Origin: a virus
Lineage: Duplodnaviria > Caudoviricetes
DNA length: 64,000 nt
Strand: one strand, 5' to 3'
IMG/VR virus record: IMGVR_UViG_3300013105_000022
Location: 72,516-136,515 of that record
This document shows positions 45,823 to 55,739 of the stretch, piece by piece; the first letter of the stretch is position 1, and each line of letters begins with the position of its first letter. Made by a program: the position numbers and the translations under genes. The notes beneath the pieces were generated by a model. That model did no database searches and had not been told where the DNA came from. It saw nothing but the letters and a program-made list of their open reading frames with translations.

Positions 45823-47295
45823 ATGACCACGGCCAAGGAACACGGTCGTATCGTTCTGTCCGGCATCATTCCGGCACGACTCGATCTACTCCAGCAGGTT
45901 CTCAAGGAACTCTCGCCGGAGCACTTCGTGGACTCTGTGCAAGGTCACATCTTCCGCTTCCTGGATGCCTACTTCCAGAAGACGGGCGGTATCCTCACCA
46001 CAGGCGCTCTGGGGGACATGCTCTCTCGGAGCGCCTGGGATGCAGGCCGCAAGGCTCTGTATGAGGAGACCTACGAAGACTTCAAGCTCAACAAGGTCGA
46101 TGACGCAGACTTCCTGTGGTCTGTGCACGAGCTACGCGAGGAGCTAGCTGAGACCAAGATCAAGGAAATGCTCGTAGAGGGCATGGAGATTGTGGTCAAC
46201 GGCAAGGAACTCAAGGACGGCGAAATCCTGAAGGGTCAGGAAGCCGCCCGAGAGTTCATCGTGGATAAGATGTCCGACCTTGAATCCATTGCCGGTGAGC
46301 AGGACGTACCTCACGGTGACCTCAGGGATGAAGGAACGACGATCCTTCAGGAGTACACCCAGACGAAGCAGATGCGCGAGCAGGGTCACGTCTCCGGTAT
46401 CCAGTTCGGTATCCCCGAGTTGGATGATAAGGTAGGTGGACTCCAGCGAGGAGACCTAGTACTCTCTGCCGCCTACACGAACGACGGTAAGACCACACTC
46501 TGTGTCCAGCTAGCCTGGAGCGCGGCTGTGGAGCAGGGCAAGAATGTCCTCTTTCTCTCGACAGAGACAGTCAACACCGTCGTCCGTCGTAAGATCGTGT
46601 CCCGTCACTCGAAGCACCCGAAGTTCCTGGATCAGGGCCTACCTGAAGGTCTGAACTCCAAGGATCTGAAGCTCGGTACTCTCAACCCGCACGAAGAAGA
46701 ATTCATGCAGGAGGTCGTCACTGACCTCACCACGAATCCTGAGTACGGACACATCTACATCCATCAGGTTCCTCGTTTCGCGACGATGGATCAGGTGGAG
46801 CGGATCATGTACGAGGTCCAGAAGAAGTTCGACATCGACCTTGTGGTCTGTGACTACCTTCAGCTTCTGAGGCCTCAGGGAAACAGGAACACCGACCGAG
46901 AGAGCCTATCTGGAGTTCTGAAGAACGCCAAGCAGGTAGCGGTTTCCTTCAACAAGGGACGCGGAGTTCCGTTCGTATCGCCGTGGCAGGTAAGCCGAGA
47001 CGCTAAGACTCAGGCTGACCAGTTTGGTCGCTACACATCCAAGGCCCTTGCAGAGACGGCAGAGGCTACCAACACCCCAGACATCATCGTGTCTATCTTG
47101 GCCCCCATCGAGAACACGGACAGATATGCCAGTCTAGCGGCTCAGGTGCTGAAGCACCGAGACGGGGAGACGGCAGATGGAATCCAACTCACGGTAGACT
47201 ATGCTACTAGCCACTTCTCCGGAAGAGGAACAATGGACTCCTTCTCGAACGCCGCATTCACCACTGGTGGCGGCGGTCTGGACGATCTGATTTGA
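45823..47295 (+). CDS. dnaB: DnaB-like replicative helicase
   Basis: GGLQRGDL...AYTNDGKTT, FLSTE, VCDYLQLL, QVSR, LKHRDG. Confidence 0.88.
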   Translation: MTTAKEHGRIVLSGIIPARLDLLQQVLKELSPEHFVDSVQGHIFRFLDAYFQKTGGILTTGALGDMLSRSAWDAGRKALYEETYEDFKLNKVDDADFLWSVHELREELAETKIKEMLVEGMEIVVNGKELKDGEILKGQEAAREFIVDKMSDLESIAGEQDVPHGDLRDEGTTILQEYTQTKQMREQGHVSGIQFGIPELDDKVGGLQRGDLVLSAAYTNDGKTTLCVQLAWSAAVEQGKNVLFLSTETVNTVVRRKIVSRHSKHPKFLDQGLPEGLNSKDLKLGTLNPHEEEFMQEVVTDLTTNPEYGHIYIHQVPRFATMDQVERIMYEVQKKFDIDLVVCDYLQLLRPQGNRNTDRESLSGVLKNAKQVAVSFNKGRGVPFVSPWQVSRDAKTQADQFGRYTSKALAETAEATNTPDIIVSILAPIENTDRYASLAAQVLKHRDGETADGIQLTVDYATSHFSGRGTMDSFSNAAFTTGGGGLDDLI

Positions 47296-47302
47296 GGTCA
47301 GC

Positions 47303-47533
47303 ATGTTCGAAGACGTAATTCAACTAATCATCTGGGCAGTCATTGGACTGTTCATCACCTGGGGAATCTTCTACGCCTACGTGGGATTCCGTATGGTGTC
47401 CGCACAGAGACAAAGCAAGGTTGCCAGGGTGGCCGCATTCAGCGCCCTCACCATCGGCATCTTCTGGATCACTCTGTGGGTGTCCGCCGTCGTATGGAAC
47501 GTACTACAGATCATCGGAGTAATTGAGACATGA
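47303..47533 (+). CDS. Membrane protein (2 TM)
   Basis: Two hydrophobic segments; GAGG RBS. Confidence 0.65.
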   Translation: MFEDVIQLIIWAVIGLFITWGIFYAYVGFRMVSAQRQSKVARVAAFSALTIGIFWITLWVSAVVWNVLQIIGVIET

Positions 47534-48333
47534 CCATCCCTACCCCCTATGAAGACCTTCTCAGGGACGTTCTAGAAAATGGCCAGCACAAGGAAGACAG
47601 GACCGGCACCGGAACTACGAGCGTCTTCGGCAGGCAGATTAGATTCGACCTGTCAGAGGGCTTCCCGCTCATCACCACCAAGAAGGTGCACTTCCCTTCC
47701 ATCGCTCATGAACTCCTATGGTTCCTTCAGGGTGAGTCGAACATCGCCTACCTGAAGGAGCACGGCGTGAAGATTTGGGACGCATGGGCAGACGAGAATG
47801 GAGACCTGGGACCTGTCTATGGAGTCCAGTGGCGAGCATGGCCGACTCTTGACGGTGGCACCATCGACCAGATCGCGAAGGTGGTAGAGTCTATCCGCAA
47901 CAACCCGGACTCCCGTCGCCACATCGTGACGGCTTGGAACCCTGCCGAGGTTGACGACATGGCTCTCCCGCCCTGCCATGCACTGTTCCAGTTCTACGTG
48001 GTAGACGGCAAGCTCTCTTGCCAGCTTTATCAGCGTTCCGCAGACCTCTTCCTGGGTGTCCCCTTCAATATCGCTTCCTACGCCATGCTGACGATGATGA
48101 TTGCTCAGCAGACAGGACTTGAGCTTGGAGAGTTCATCTGGACAGGTGGTGACTGTCACATCTACGACAATCACCAGGAGCAGGTTCGTGAGCAACTGAG
48201 CCGGGAGCCATACCCTTACCCCACTCTTAGTCTCGGTCCCGCTCCGGAATCGATCTTCGAGTACAAGTACGAGAACCTTTCACTTCTCGACTACAACTAT
48301 CACCCCGCCATCCGAGGTTCGGTAGCGGTCTAA
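47530..48333 (+). CDS. thyA: Thymidylate synthase
   Basis: [49 protein letters not shown]. Confidence 0.97.
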   Translation: MTIPTPYEDLLRDVLENGQHKEDRTGTGTTSVFGRQIRFDLSEGFPLITTKKVHFPSIAHELLWFLQGESNIAYLKEHGVKIWDAWADENGDLGPVYGVQWRAWPTLDGGTIDQIAKVVESIRNNPDSRRHIVTAWNPAEVDDMALPPCHALFQFYVVDGKLSCQLYQRSADLFLGVPFNIASYAMLTMMIAQQTGLELGEFIWTGGDCHIYDNHQEQVREQLSREPYPYPTLSLGPAPESIFEYKYENLSLLDYNYHPAIRGSVAV

Positions 48334-48351
48334 CAGTCCCTGGAGGACGAA

Positions 48352-48999
48352 ATGACAGATGAAAAGTACACTCACATTGCGGTCATCGCTGACCGCTCCG
48401 GTTCTATGTCCACCATCGCGAAGGACATGAACGGTGGTCTAGAGGAGTTCCTGAAGGAGCAGGCCGAGTTTGACGGCACACTTCTAGTGGACATCACCAC
48501 ATTCGATGGATCGGTAGAGACCGTAGCTAAGGGAGTCAAGGCTTCTGAAGTCTCTCACCCGATTATCGTCCCTCGCGGCATGACTGCACTCAACGATGCC
48601 ATCGGCATCACTGTCGCCAACCTTGGTGAGCGCTTTGCCAAGCTGGAGGAGAGTCAGCGTCCAGGCAAGGTCATCGTCATGGTGGTCACTGACGGAGGAG
48701 AGAACTCTTCTAGCGAGTACACCACAGAAAAGGTCAAGGAACTTGTCACCCGTCAGCAGGACGAGTGGAAGTGGGAATTCCTGTTCCTGGGAGCCAACAT
48801 CGACAGCTTCAACGTTGCCGGTGGATACGGTATCCTCAGGGGTTCCACGATCAACTACGAGGCAAGCGCCGCAGGAGCCAACTCCGTGATTGCCACGGCT
48901 AGTGCTTACGTCACGCGCACCCGCTCCGGTCTGGAAGCAGACTTCACCGAGGAAGAGCGCGCCGCCACGATGGGAAACCTCAAGGCGGACACGAAGTAA
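48352..48999 (+). CDS. vWA-domain protein
   Basis: MIDAS DRSGS...T...TDG; FLFLGAN. Confidence 0.85.
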   Translation: MTDEKYTHIAVIADRSGSMSTIAKDMNGGLEEFLKEQAEFDGTLLVDITTFDGSVETVAKGVKASEVSHPIIVPRGMTALNDAIGITVANLGERFAKLEESQRPGKVIVMVVTDGGENSSSEYTTEKVKELVTRQQDEWKWEFLFLGANIDSFNVAGGYGILRGSTINYEASAAGANSVIATASAYVTRTRSGLEADFTEEERAATMGNLKADTK

Positions 49000-49003
49000 G
49001 TAG

Positions 49004-49033
49004 TTGACATCTGTCTCCTGAGGGCGTATACAT
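49004..49033 (+). promoter_or_regulatory. TTGACA-N17-TATACAT promoter (GGCGTA class) embedded in an inverted repeat
   Basis: TTGACA 49004-49009; GGCGTATACAT 49023-49033. Confidence 0.65.
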
Positions 49034-49062
49034 AGAGATACCGACCCTCAGGAGGCAGTTTC

Positions 49063-49185
49063 ATGTATCAGGATGTTCACGAAAAGGACTACGGCTCGTT
49101 CGCCGTCATTGGTATCCTTGTGGGCATCATTGAGATGATCGTAGGACTTGCAAGACTTGCCGTATGGGCCTGGAGAAACCGTTGA
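49063..49185 (+). CDS. Small membrane peptide (40 aa)
   Basis: GGAGG RBS; one TM; TTGA overlap with the probable prim-pol start. Confidence 0.6.
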   Translation: MYQDVHEKDYGSFAVIGILVGIIEMIVGLARLAVWAWRNR

Positions 49186-50264
49186 ACTACCTAGAAATCG
49201 CACTAGCAAACGCACGCCGAGGATACCCGCAGTTCCCCGCTCAGCGAGAGAACAAGCGCCCCAAGCCGGGGTTCACCGACTGGGAGAACAACGCCACGAC
49301 TGACCTAGATCAGATTCGTGCTTGGTGGGACGAGGGAGACTGGCTTCCAGCTATCCCGCCCGGACGTGTAGGCAAGGCTGTCATCGACGTAGACCGTCAC
49401 CCTGGACAGCCTGACGGGTTCGAGGTTCTAGACGCCGAGGGTGTGGTCCTGAAGTCCCAGGTCTTCGGCACATCCCTATCCGGCAACGGTACCCACTTCT
49501 GGCACCACCATGACGTAGGATCGCTCAACGGTGTCCTGACCTCTGTAGACCGCAAGGCCCGAGGCGGATACGTTGTTGTCCCCTACCTTCTTCCCGACCT
49601 CTCCGAGATTACCGAGCCTCTTCCCGAGAAGCTTGCTGGCGGTATCGCCTCAGCAGATGTTGAGCGCGTTGCCATGTCCAACCGACAGTTGAACCTATGG
49701 CTCAAGGACATCGGTGCCGGTGAGCCTGACGACGCCATGTGGGAAATCGTAGACAGGTTCCTCCCACGAGGCAACCAGCAGATGTCTGTGCTCGTAGCCA
49801 AGGCTGTCTCTCTGGCCGCTCAAGGTCACCCAGGAGCCAACATGGCATTGGATCGCATGGAGGAAATCTGGCTGAGCGGCATCCACAACTCCGGAGACCC
49901 AGAAGAAGAATTTTACGCCAACGTCAAGAGTGCCATCGAGAAGTTCGGTGAGCCGGTCCCCGACACATCAGCCGAGGACAAGATGAAGGCACTGGCCAAC
50001 CCTCCGGCCCCTCTCGTAGATGCTGTAGCACTGCGAGACTCCCTGCTACAGCACTGCATCAACTACCGCTCTGACTTCCTACACCTACTGGGTACGAACC
50101 AGAGAGTGCATGATGCCTTCGTGCAGTGTGACAACATCGCCAAGACAATCAAGCCTGAAGAGAACGAGAAGGCCGAGAAGTGGCGCATCGCCGCCACAGC
50201 GGCCATGAGGAGAGTATTGGATCGTGAGCAAGAAACTGACACAGCGGGAAATCCCAGAGCTTGA
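49182..50264 (+). CDS. Bifunctional primase/polymerase (prim-pol)
   Basis: NKRP, ATTD..QI..WW, VIDVD, SG.GTH, RGGYVV; GGAG before TTG 49182 (alternative ATG 49164). Confidence 0.8.
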   Translation: MNYLEIALANARRGYPQFPAQRENKRPKPGFTDWENNATTDLDQIRAWWDEGDWLPAIPPGRVGKAVIDVDRHPGQPDGFEVLDAEGVVLKSQVFGTSLSGNGTHFWHHHDVGSLNGVLTSVDRKARGGYVVVPYLLPDLSEITEPLPEKLAGGIASADVERVAMSNRQLNLWLKDIGAGEPDDAMWEIVDRFLPRGNQQMSVLVAKAVSLAAQGHPGANMALDRMEEIWLSGIHNSGDPEEEFYANVKSAIEKFGEPVPDTSAEDKMKALANPPAPLVDAVALRDSLLQHCINYRSDFLHLLGTNQRVHDAFVQCDNIAKTIKPEENEKAEKWRIAATAAMRRVLDREQETDTAGNPRA

Positions 50265-50454
50265 GGGGTGGCTGACTATCCCAGACGCGGCTAAGGCTCT
50301 GGAACTGTCGAGGCAGTACGTACACCGCCTTGCCGCATCCGGGACCTTCACATCCCTGCATAGGGTAGGATCGACGTTCATTGTCTCCTCATGGGAGGTC
50401 GAAGACCTCAAGGGGAACTACGAGCGGGTTGACACCGAGGAAGCTATCAGCTAG
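50224..50454 (+). CDS. Helix-turn-helix (excisionase-like) DNA-binding protein
   Basis: LTIPDAAKALELSRQYVHRLAASG. Confidence 0.8.
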   Translation: MSKKLTQREIPELEGWLTIPDAAKALELSRQYVHRLAASGTFTSLHRVGSTFIVSSWEVEDLKGNYERVDTEEAIS

Positions 50455-50491
50455 GCTCTTACTACACTGCCAACAGAACGAAACGAGTGAC

Positions 50492-51058
50492 ATGACTATT
50501 GCACAGGTGCCGACGAGTGACGCCGAGGTTTTCCAGGATTACTTCGCACTCATCAAGTGGCACGTTGTGAAGGCCAAGATCAGTGACGGCGCAGTGGAAG
50601 ACTACGCCATGACTCTCATGGAGCGCTTCATTCAGCACGGTCTTCTGGCTCAGTACGATCCATCCAAGGCCAACTTCCGTACGTTTCTCTCGGGGTTCGT
50701 CACGAGCTACCTCCGCCACTTCAAGGCGCAGGACCTGAAGCAGATCGAGCGTTCCTACCTGTCCACCGACTTCACCGTGGGTGACAAGGACGACACTCTC
50801 ATCCTGGACCTGAAGGGCTACTGTGCTCCCGACCAGATCGAGGATGCAGAGACGAAGGTCTCTCTGGAGCGCATCCGCGCCAAGCTGGTCAGCGAAGAAG
50901 AGCCGAAGCTTCTGCTCTTCTTCGACATCCTCATGCTTCAGATCGAGGAGCACGGTCAGTTGGACATCTCGGAACTGAAGGAGTTGTTCGACGTGTCCTC
51001 CCAGACGATCTACAACTGGAAGAAGCGTCTGCGTCCGTACTTCGAGGAGCTTGCGTGA
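50492..51058 (+). CDS. Sigma-70/ECF-like protein
   Basis: AVEDY, YDPSKANFRTFL region-2-like segment and C-terminal HTH EL..LFDVSSQTIYNWKKRL. Confidence 0.6.
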   Translation: MTIAQVPTSDAEVFQDYFALIKWHVVKAKISDGAVEDYAMTLMERFIQHGLLAQYDPSKANFRTFLSGFVTSYLRHFKAQDLKQIERSYLSTDFTVGDKDDTLILDLKGYCAPDQIEDAETKVSLERIRAKLVSEEEPKLLLFFDILMLQIEEHGQLDISELKELFDVSSQTIYNWKKRLRPYFEELA

Positions 51059-51849
51059 AGCCATACTTCGGGCACGAGAAGAACGTGAGGGCGGTGCACA
51101 TGCATCTGCCCTCCGTTCTCCTCTTCCTGGGTCCAGAGTCCGTGGGTAAGTGGGAGCTTGCAGAGCATATCCGCGTGAAGTGGAAGTTCAAGAAGGCTGA
51201 CACGCTCCGGATCAAGCGACTGACTCAGGAGAACGCACGCTTCGCCGCCAAGTTCGCCTCAGAGCGCCCCAGAGGCTGGCGGAAGCTCATCATCGTACGG
51301 TTGGACAAGAAGGCTACAGTAGGCGCTCAGAACGCCCTTCTGAAGTCTATGGAGGAGGCTCAGGACGCGACGTACATCATCGTTGCAGAAGAACCTCCCA
51401 TCACGACCGTGATGAGCCGCGCGGTGACCTATCCGTTCGGACTTCTGACCCAGAAGAACATCTACGACATCCTGACCCAGCGGCTCAACTTCTCGGAGGA
51501 TCGGGCTGACACGCTCTCCAAGATCGCCGGAGGTAGAGTCAAGAAGGCTCTGTCCTTCAAGGAGGATCAGGAGAGTAAGATGGTGGTGTCGAAAGCACTC
51601 GACGCCGTGAACCGCAAGGACAACAAGGCTCTGGAAGCTGTAGCTCCGCTGTGGCAACAAGAGCACACCGAGCTTCTGATTCAGTGGTGCTACGAGACCC
51701 TGACCAAGAAGTGGAAGCTCTTCGTCCCCGGAGAGATTAGCATTCAGGGAACGAAGGTGCCTCTGCGTATCCTCATCGCCCTCAGAGAAGACCTGAGGCC
51801 CCGCCTGGTCGTAAGAGCGGCCCTGGCCTCCGTACTGCAAGGAACATGA
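51055..51849 (+). CDS. Clamp-loader subunit, DNA Pol III delta'-like
   Basis: YFGHE, LLFLGPESVGK, AQNALLKSMEE, TVMSRA. Confidence 0.8.
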   Translation: MKPYFGHEKNVRAVHMHLPSVLLFLGPESVGKWELAEHIRVKWKFKKADTLRIKRLTQENARFAAKFASERPRGWRKLIIVRLDKKATVGAQNALLKSMEEAQDATYIIVAEEPPITTVMSRAVTYPFGLLTQKNIYDILTQRLNFSEDRADTLSKIAGGRVKKALSFKEDQESKMVVSKALDAVNRKDNKALEAVAPLWQQEHTELLIQWCYETLTKKWKLFVPGEISIQGTKVPLRILIALREDLRPRLVVRAALASVLQGT

Positions 51850-52064
51850 AAATGGATGACGAAGACCTCATTCCCGACCACGAGTATGAAATCACAGCTA
51901 CCTTCCGCTCGCAGTTTGCGGGAGACTGTACGCTGAATCAGACTCACCGCATTCGCAAGCAGGATTGGGTGAGCAAGCTTCGACGTGCCGACAACCCACT
52001 CATCAGCATCCCCGGCGTAGCATGCTCCGTATGCGCGCTGGACATCCCGAGAGCGAAGGCCTGA
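51846..52064 (+). CDS. Small Zn-binding hypothetical protein
   Basis: C....H...CSVC; ATGA overlap. Confidence 0.6.
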   Translation: MKMDDEDLIPDHEYEITATFRSQFAGDCTLNQTHRIRKQDWVSKLRRADNPLISIPGVACSVCALDIPRAKA

Positions 52065-52127
52065 AATGGAATGGCTTGTCCTTATCCCCGGCATCTGGCT
52101 CTTGGTCTCGTGGTTGGCGGGAGACGA

Positions 52128-53099
52128 TTGAGCACGTTCAGTCAGTGGTGGCTCTCCTTCAAGAAGAATCCAGTCGCCAAGCAGATCACATGGGTGTGTG
52201 GGTCCGAACCTGTCCTAGTAGATGAGGTTGTGGACCTTCTGAAGGGTGCCATCACGGTAGACCCGATCAACCTTGTGTACCTGGATGCGAGAGACGACAG
52301 CCCGAGGCACATCTGGAACGAGCTTCGACAGTACCCGTTCGGCAATAATGCCACGAGGCTTACCATCGTACGCGGTGCTGAGGAACTTCCACTCGATGAG
52401 AACTTCACTCAGTACGTCAAGGATCGCAGTGCTCTACCGAGGAACTACGTCATTTTCATCTCGACCGAGGATCAGCTTCGGAAGAAGGAAGAGACCCGCT
52501 CCCTGGCGGATGCTCTCGACTACCTGAAGGGTAGAGGATCAGTCATTGAGTGCCGACCATTCACCGTATCGACAGCCAAGCACGCCGTCACATGGGTGAA
52601 GGAGAAGGCAGACCTCCGAGGTCGTGTGGCTGAGTACGTCCTGAACCGAGCTACAGGAGACCTACGACTGGTGCGAGACACGCTGAACAAGCTCTCTGTG
52701 ATCGATGGAGAGGTCAGCATGCGCCTGGTGGATGAGATGTTCGAGGCTCGCCCCGACGACACCTTCCTGGGTGCTCTCTTCGCTCTGGACCGCAAGACAG
52801 CCCTCGCGTCTCTCAGGGAGATGCCCAAGAGCGAGTACAGCCGAACCATCGGCCTGGTAGATGCTCGACTTGACCTCGCCGGTCTCGTGCATGACCTGAT
52901 GATTGAGCAGAAGACTTCGGGAGAGATTGCCCGAGCGGCAGGCAACAAGGGATTTCTTGTTCCTGACATGCTCCCTCACGCCAAGCACTACGACAAGAAG
53001 CGCAGGCTCCGTATCCGCAAGTACCTCGCCACCGTGGACGGCTACTCCGAGTATGGAGTTCCAGACGGTGCCCTAGAGGGATTGGTAGCTATCTGGTGA
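52128..53099 (+). CDS. Clamp-loader subunit, DNA Pol III delta-like
   Basis: CGSEPVLVDE, YPF....RL.IVR.AE, GDL.L....LNKL; GGAG before TTG 52128. Confidence 0.7.
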   Translation: MSTFSQWWLSFKKNPVAKQITWVCGSEPVLVDEVVDLLKGAITVDPINLVYLDARDDSPRHIWNELRQYPFGNNATRLTIVRGAEELPLDENFTQYVKDRSALPRNYVIFISTEDQLRKKEETRSLADALDYLKGRGSVIECRPFTVSTAKHAVTWVKEKADLRGRVAEYVLNRATGDLRLVRDTLNKLSVIDGEVSMRLVDEMFEARPDDTFLGALFALDRKTALASLREMPKSEYSRTIGLVDARLDLAGLVHDLMIEQKTSGEIARAAGNKGFLVPDMLPHAKHYDKKRRLRIRKYLATVDGYSEYGVPDGALEGLVAIW

Positions 53100-53104
53100 C
53101 GAGA

Positions 53105-53115
53105 GGCGTATAGAT
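53105..53115 (+). promoter_or_regulatory. GGCGTA-class promoter (leaderless, ATG 53121)
   Basis: GGCGTATAGAT with 16-nt offset. Confidence 0.65.
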
Positions 53116-53120
53116 AGAAC

Positions 53121-53279
53121 ATGGATTGGCTAATCTTCTGGACCATCCTAGCTCAGCTAGGCATCGCGTCCGTCGCGGGTATCGTTTTCTCTTTCATCAT
53201 CCGACTCTGGACTATCTGGTGGCCTAGCTCATCAGACAACGATCACAACATCTTCTCTGGGGGAAACAATGACTACTGA
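53121..53279 (+). CDS. Small membrane protein (52 aa)
   Basis: MDWLIFWTIL... hydrophobic; start fixed by promoter offset; overlaps polymerase start. Confidence 0.6.
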   Translation: MDWLIFWTILAQLGIASVAGIVFSFIIRLWTIWWPSSSDNDHNIFSGGNNDY

Positions 53280-55722
53280 GAAAGACTATGGTGCCATCCT
53301 CACTGTAGAGGAGCTAGGCGCGGAAGTCAAGCGCATCCGAGACAGCGGACAGCCCTTTGCCTTCGACATCGAGACCGGATACGACGGTCCCGACCAGAAG
53401 GGTGTCGCCAAGATGCCCTTCCATCCAAACTTCAAGGTCGTGGGCATCAGCTTCAGCGACAACCCGGACTGGGCACGCTACGTACCGTTCGATCATGACG
53501 AGGGTCCGAACGTATCCAAGCTCGCTGTAGCACGCCTCTTCTGGAACCTACTGAACACCGGCATGGGTGTGCCTCACAACGCCATGTTCGAGCTTCAGGG
53601 TATGAGCCGTTTCTTCCGCGAGAACCTATGGGACGACACCTTCTTCGGTAAGGCTGTGCGTGCGTCTCAGGGTCTGTACCCTGTTCGCTCTGACACGATG
53701 ATCGAAGCCAACATGATGCAGTGCTACCAGCCTCTCAACGCTGGGCAGGGTGTAGGTGTGGGTCTGAAGGGTCTCACCAAGCACATCTTCGGTCACCAGA
53801 TGACCGAGTTCATGGACCTCTTCCCAGAAGAAGAATCCGAGCTTGGCCCTGGTACCCCCAAGAGCAAGCGCACCACTGTACGATTCAACACCCGTCGAGT
53901 GTGCCCACAGGTTATCGAGTACGGCTGTGAAGACTCCGCGTGGACGTTCGCACTGCACCTGAAGCACTACTCAGAGGTCGCAGAGACCCTGATGTTCCGC
54001 ACCGAAATCCTCCTGCTTCCCGTGCTATGTGAGATGGAGCTAGAGGGTCTGGCACTGGACTGGGACGAATACGAGCGCCAGGAAGCCATCGTGTCTGCTT
54101 TCAAGGATGCCCTTAATGAAGAAATTCAGGCAGAGCTATCCGAGCGCATGGGCGAGCTTGTCAAGGTCAACTTCAACTCACCGGCACAGGTACAGGTACT
54201 TCTCTACGAGAAGATGGGCCTTCCTGTTCAGATGAACAAGAAGACCAAGAAGCCGACCACCGACGAGAAGGCAATGACCAAGCTGGCCAAGGAGACGGAC
54301 GACCCCGCACTGCTCAAGATTCTTGAGTGGCGAGGAGTGGCTAAGCTTCTCTCCTCCTACATCACGAAGTACCTCAAGGAACTCCGCTACGATCCTTCCG
54401 GACGCGCCCGCCCGAGCCACAACCAGCTTGGAGCAGGTACCGGTCGCTTCTCTGTGGATGGTGTCTCCTACCAGCAGTGGCCAAAGCCGTACCACTTCGA
54501 ACTGAAGAACGGCCAGGAGATGGACCTGAACTACAGGAACTTCTTGGTGGCTCCAGATGAGTACCGCATCATCGGCTTCGACTTCTCGCAGGTTGAGCTT
54601 CGAATCCTTGCTGGCATGACCAACGAGACTGACATGCTCCACGCCTTCGCGAGCGGCATCGACATTCACAAGGCCACGGCTTCGGCCATGCTCAAGATTC
54701 CGCTGGAAGAACTGACGGTGAAGGACCGTGCTAAGGGTAAGACCCTGAACTTCGGTATCGTCTACGGTCTTGGCGCTGACTCCCTGGCTGAGACGCTGGG
54801 TATCTCTCTCGATGAGGCTAACGAGCTTCTAGAGAAGTACTACGAGGGATTCCCCAAGCTTCGCGCCTGGATGGATGACCGTGTGCTAGAAGGTGCCGCT
54901 AAGTGGGAAGTCTCTACTCTCTTCGGTCGCCGCTTCCACATCTGGGAGTACGACAAGGCTGAGTGGCTATCTCAGAAGGCTTCTCGCGAGGAAGGTGACG
55001 AGCGTAGGAAGACTCTGAACTGGATGCGTAACGAGCGCTCCAAGGCCGACCGCATGTGTGTCAACGCTCCCGTGCAGGGTGGTGCCGCCGACTACATCAA
55101 GCTCGGTATGGTGCGCGCCTCGCGCAAGATCAAGGAACTGGGATGGCAGGGCAAGGTGAACATGGTCATGACCATTCACGACGCCATCGAGTTCTACGTT
55201 CACGAGTCGATCAGCACTCAGGATGTCATCACGGAACTGAACCCGATGTTCTCCTTCCCCGTACAGGGACTGCCTGAGATTCTTGCCGAGTGGCACGAGG
55301 GCAAGCGCTGGGGTGAGGTTGTCGAAATCAAGCTCGACGCCAACAAGATTATCACCGGCTACGAGTACACCACGAAGATCGACGGCGTGGAACTGCACGG
55401 CGAGTTCTCTTCGATGGAAGAGGCCTACGCTTGGCAGGAGAACCCACCGATCCCAGAGAAGGCCCCAGAGCCGGAGACCGAGACCATTCTCTTGATCGAG
55501 ATGAGCGAGTTTCCCGAGGCTGAGCCGTGGACAGCCGCAAAGGATTTCATCTACGATCACGCAGAGGGCGAACTGGGCGAATACCCCGTGTGGGTACAGA
55601 TCGGTGACCAGCGCAAGTCTCTAGACATCACTCTCAAGGGACGTGATTGGGAGCTTGAGGAGTTGCGGTTCATCCTTCCATCCGCTAATATTCGCACCGT
55701 AGAGTTGGAACTTGCCTCCTGA
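53269..55722 (+). CDS. polA: DNA polymerase I family (Pol A) with 3'-5' exonuclease
   Basis: FDIET, HNAMFE, YGCEDS; TGRFS, DFSQVELR, R.KGKTLNFGIVYG, NAPVQG, IHDAI. Confidence 0.95.
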   Translation: MTTEKDYGAILTVEELGAEVKRIRDSGQPFAFDIETGYDGPDQKGVAKMPFHPNFKVVGISFSDNPDWARYVPFDHDEGPNVSKLAVARLFWNLLNTGMGVPHNAMFELQGMSRFFRENLWDDTFFGKAVRASQGLYPVRSDTMIEANMMQCYQPLNAGQGVGVGLKGLTKHIFGHQMTEFMDLFPEEESELGPGTPKSKRTTVRFNTRRVCPQVIEYGCEDSAWTFALHLKHYSEVAETLMFRTEILLLPVLCEMELEGLALDWDEYERQEAIVSAFKDALNEEIQAELSERMGELVKVNFNSPAQVQVLLYEKMGLPVQMNKKTKKPTTDEKAMTKLAKETDDPALLKILEWRGVAKLLSSYITKYLKELRYDPSGRARPSHNQLGAGTGRFSVDGVSYQQWPKPYHFELKNGQEMDLNYRNFLVAPDEYRIIGFDFSQVELRILAGMTNETDMLHAFASGIDIHKATASAMLKIPLEELTVKDRAKGKTLNFGIVYGLGADSLAETLGISLDEANELLEKYYEGFPKLRAWMDDRVLEGAAKWEVSTLFGRRFHIWEYDKAEWLSQKASREEGDERRKTLNWMRNERSKADRMCVNAPVQGGAADYIKLGMVRASRKIKELGWQGKVNMVMTIHDAIEFYVHESISTQDVITELNPMFSFPVQGLPEILAEWHEGKRWGEVVEIKLDANKIITGYEYTTKIDGVELHGEFSSMEEAYAWQENPPIPEKAPEPETETILLIEMSEFPEAEPWTAAKDFIYDHAEGELGEYPVWVQIGDQRKSLDITLKGRDWELEELRFILPSANIRTVELELAS

Positions 55723-55723
55723 A

Positions 55724-55734
55724 GGCGTAAGGAT
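55724..55734 (+). promoter_or_regulatory. GGCGTA-class promoter (leaderless, ATG 55740)
   Basis: GGCGTAAGGAT with 16-nt offset. Confidence 0.6.
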
Positions 55735-55739
55735 AGATC

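Noticed and set aside
48352-48999. vWA protein as the Ro60/Rsr partner of the Y-like RNA
   Set aside because: Only 215 aa and lacks the helical TROVE ring
50224-50454. Excisionase implying a prophage
   Set aside because: No integrase, att site, repressor or host genes in the window; this HTH is generic
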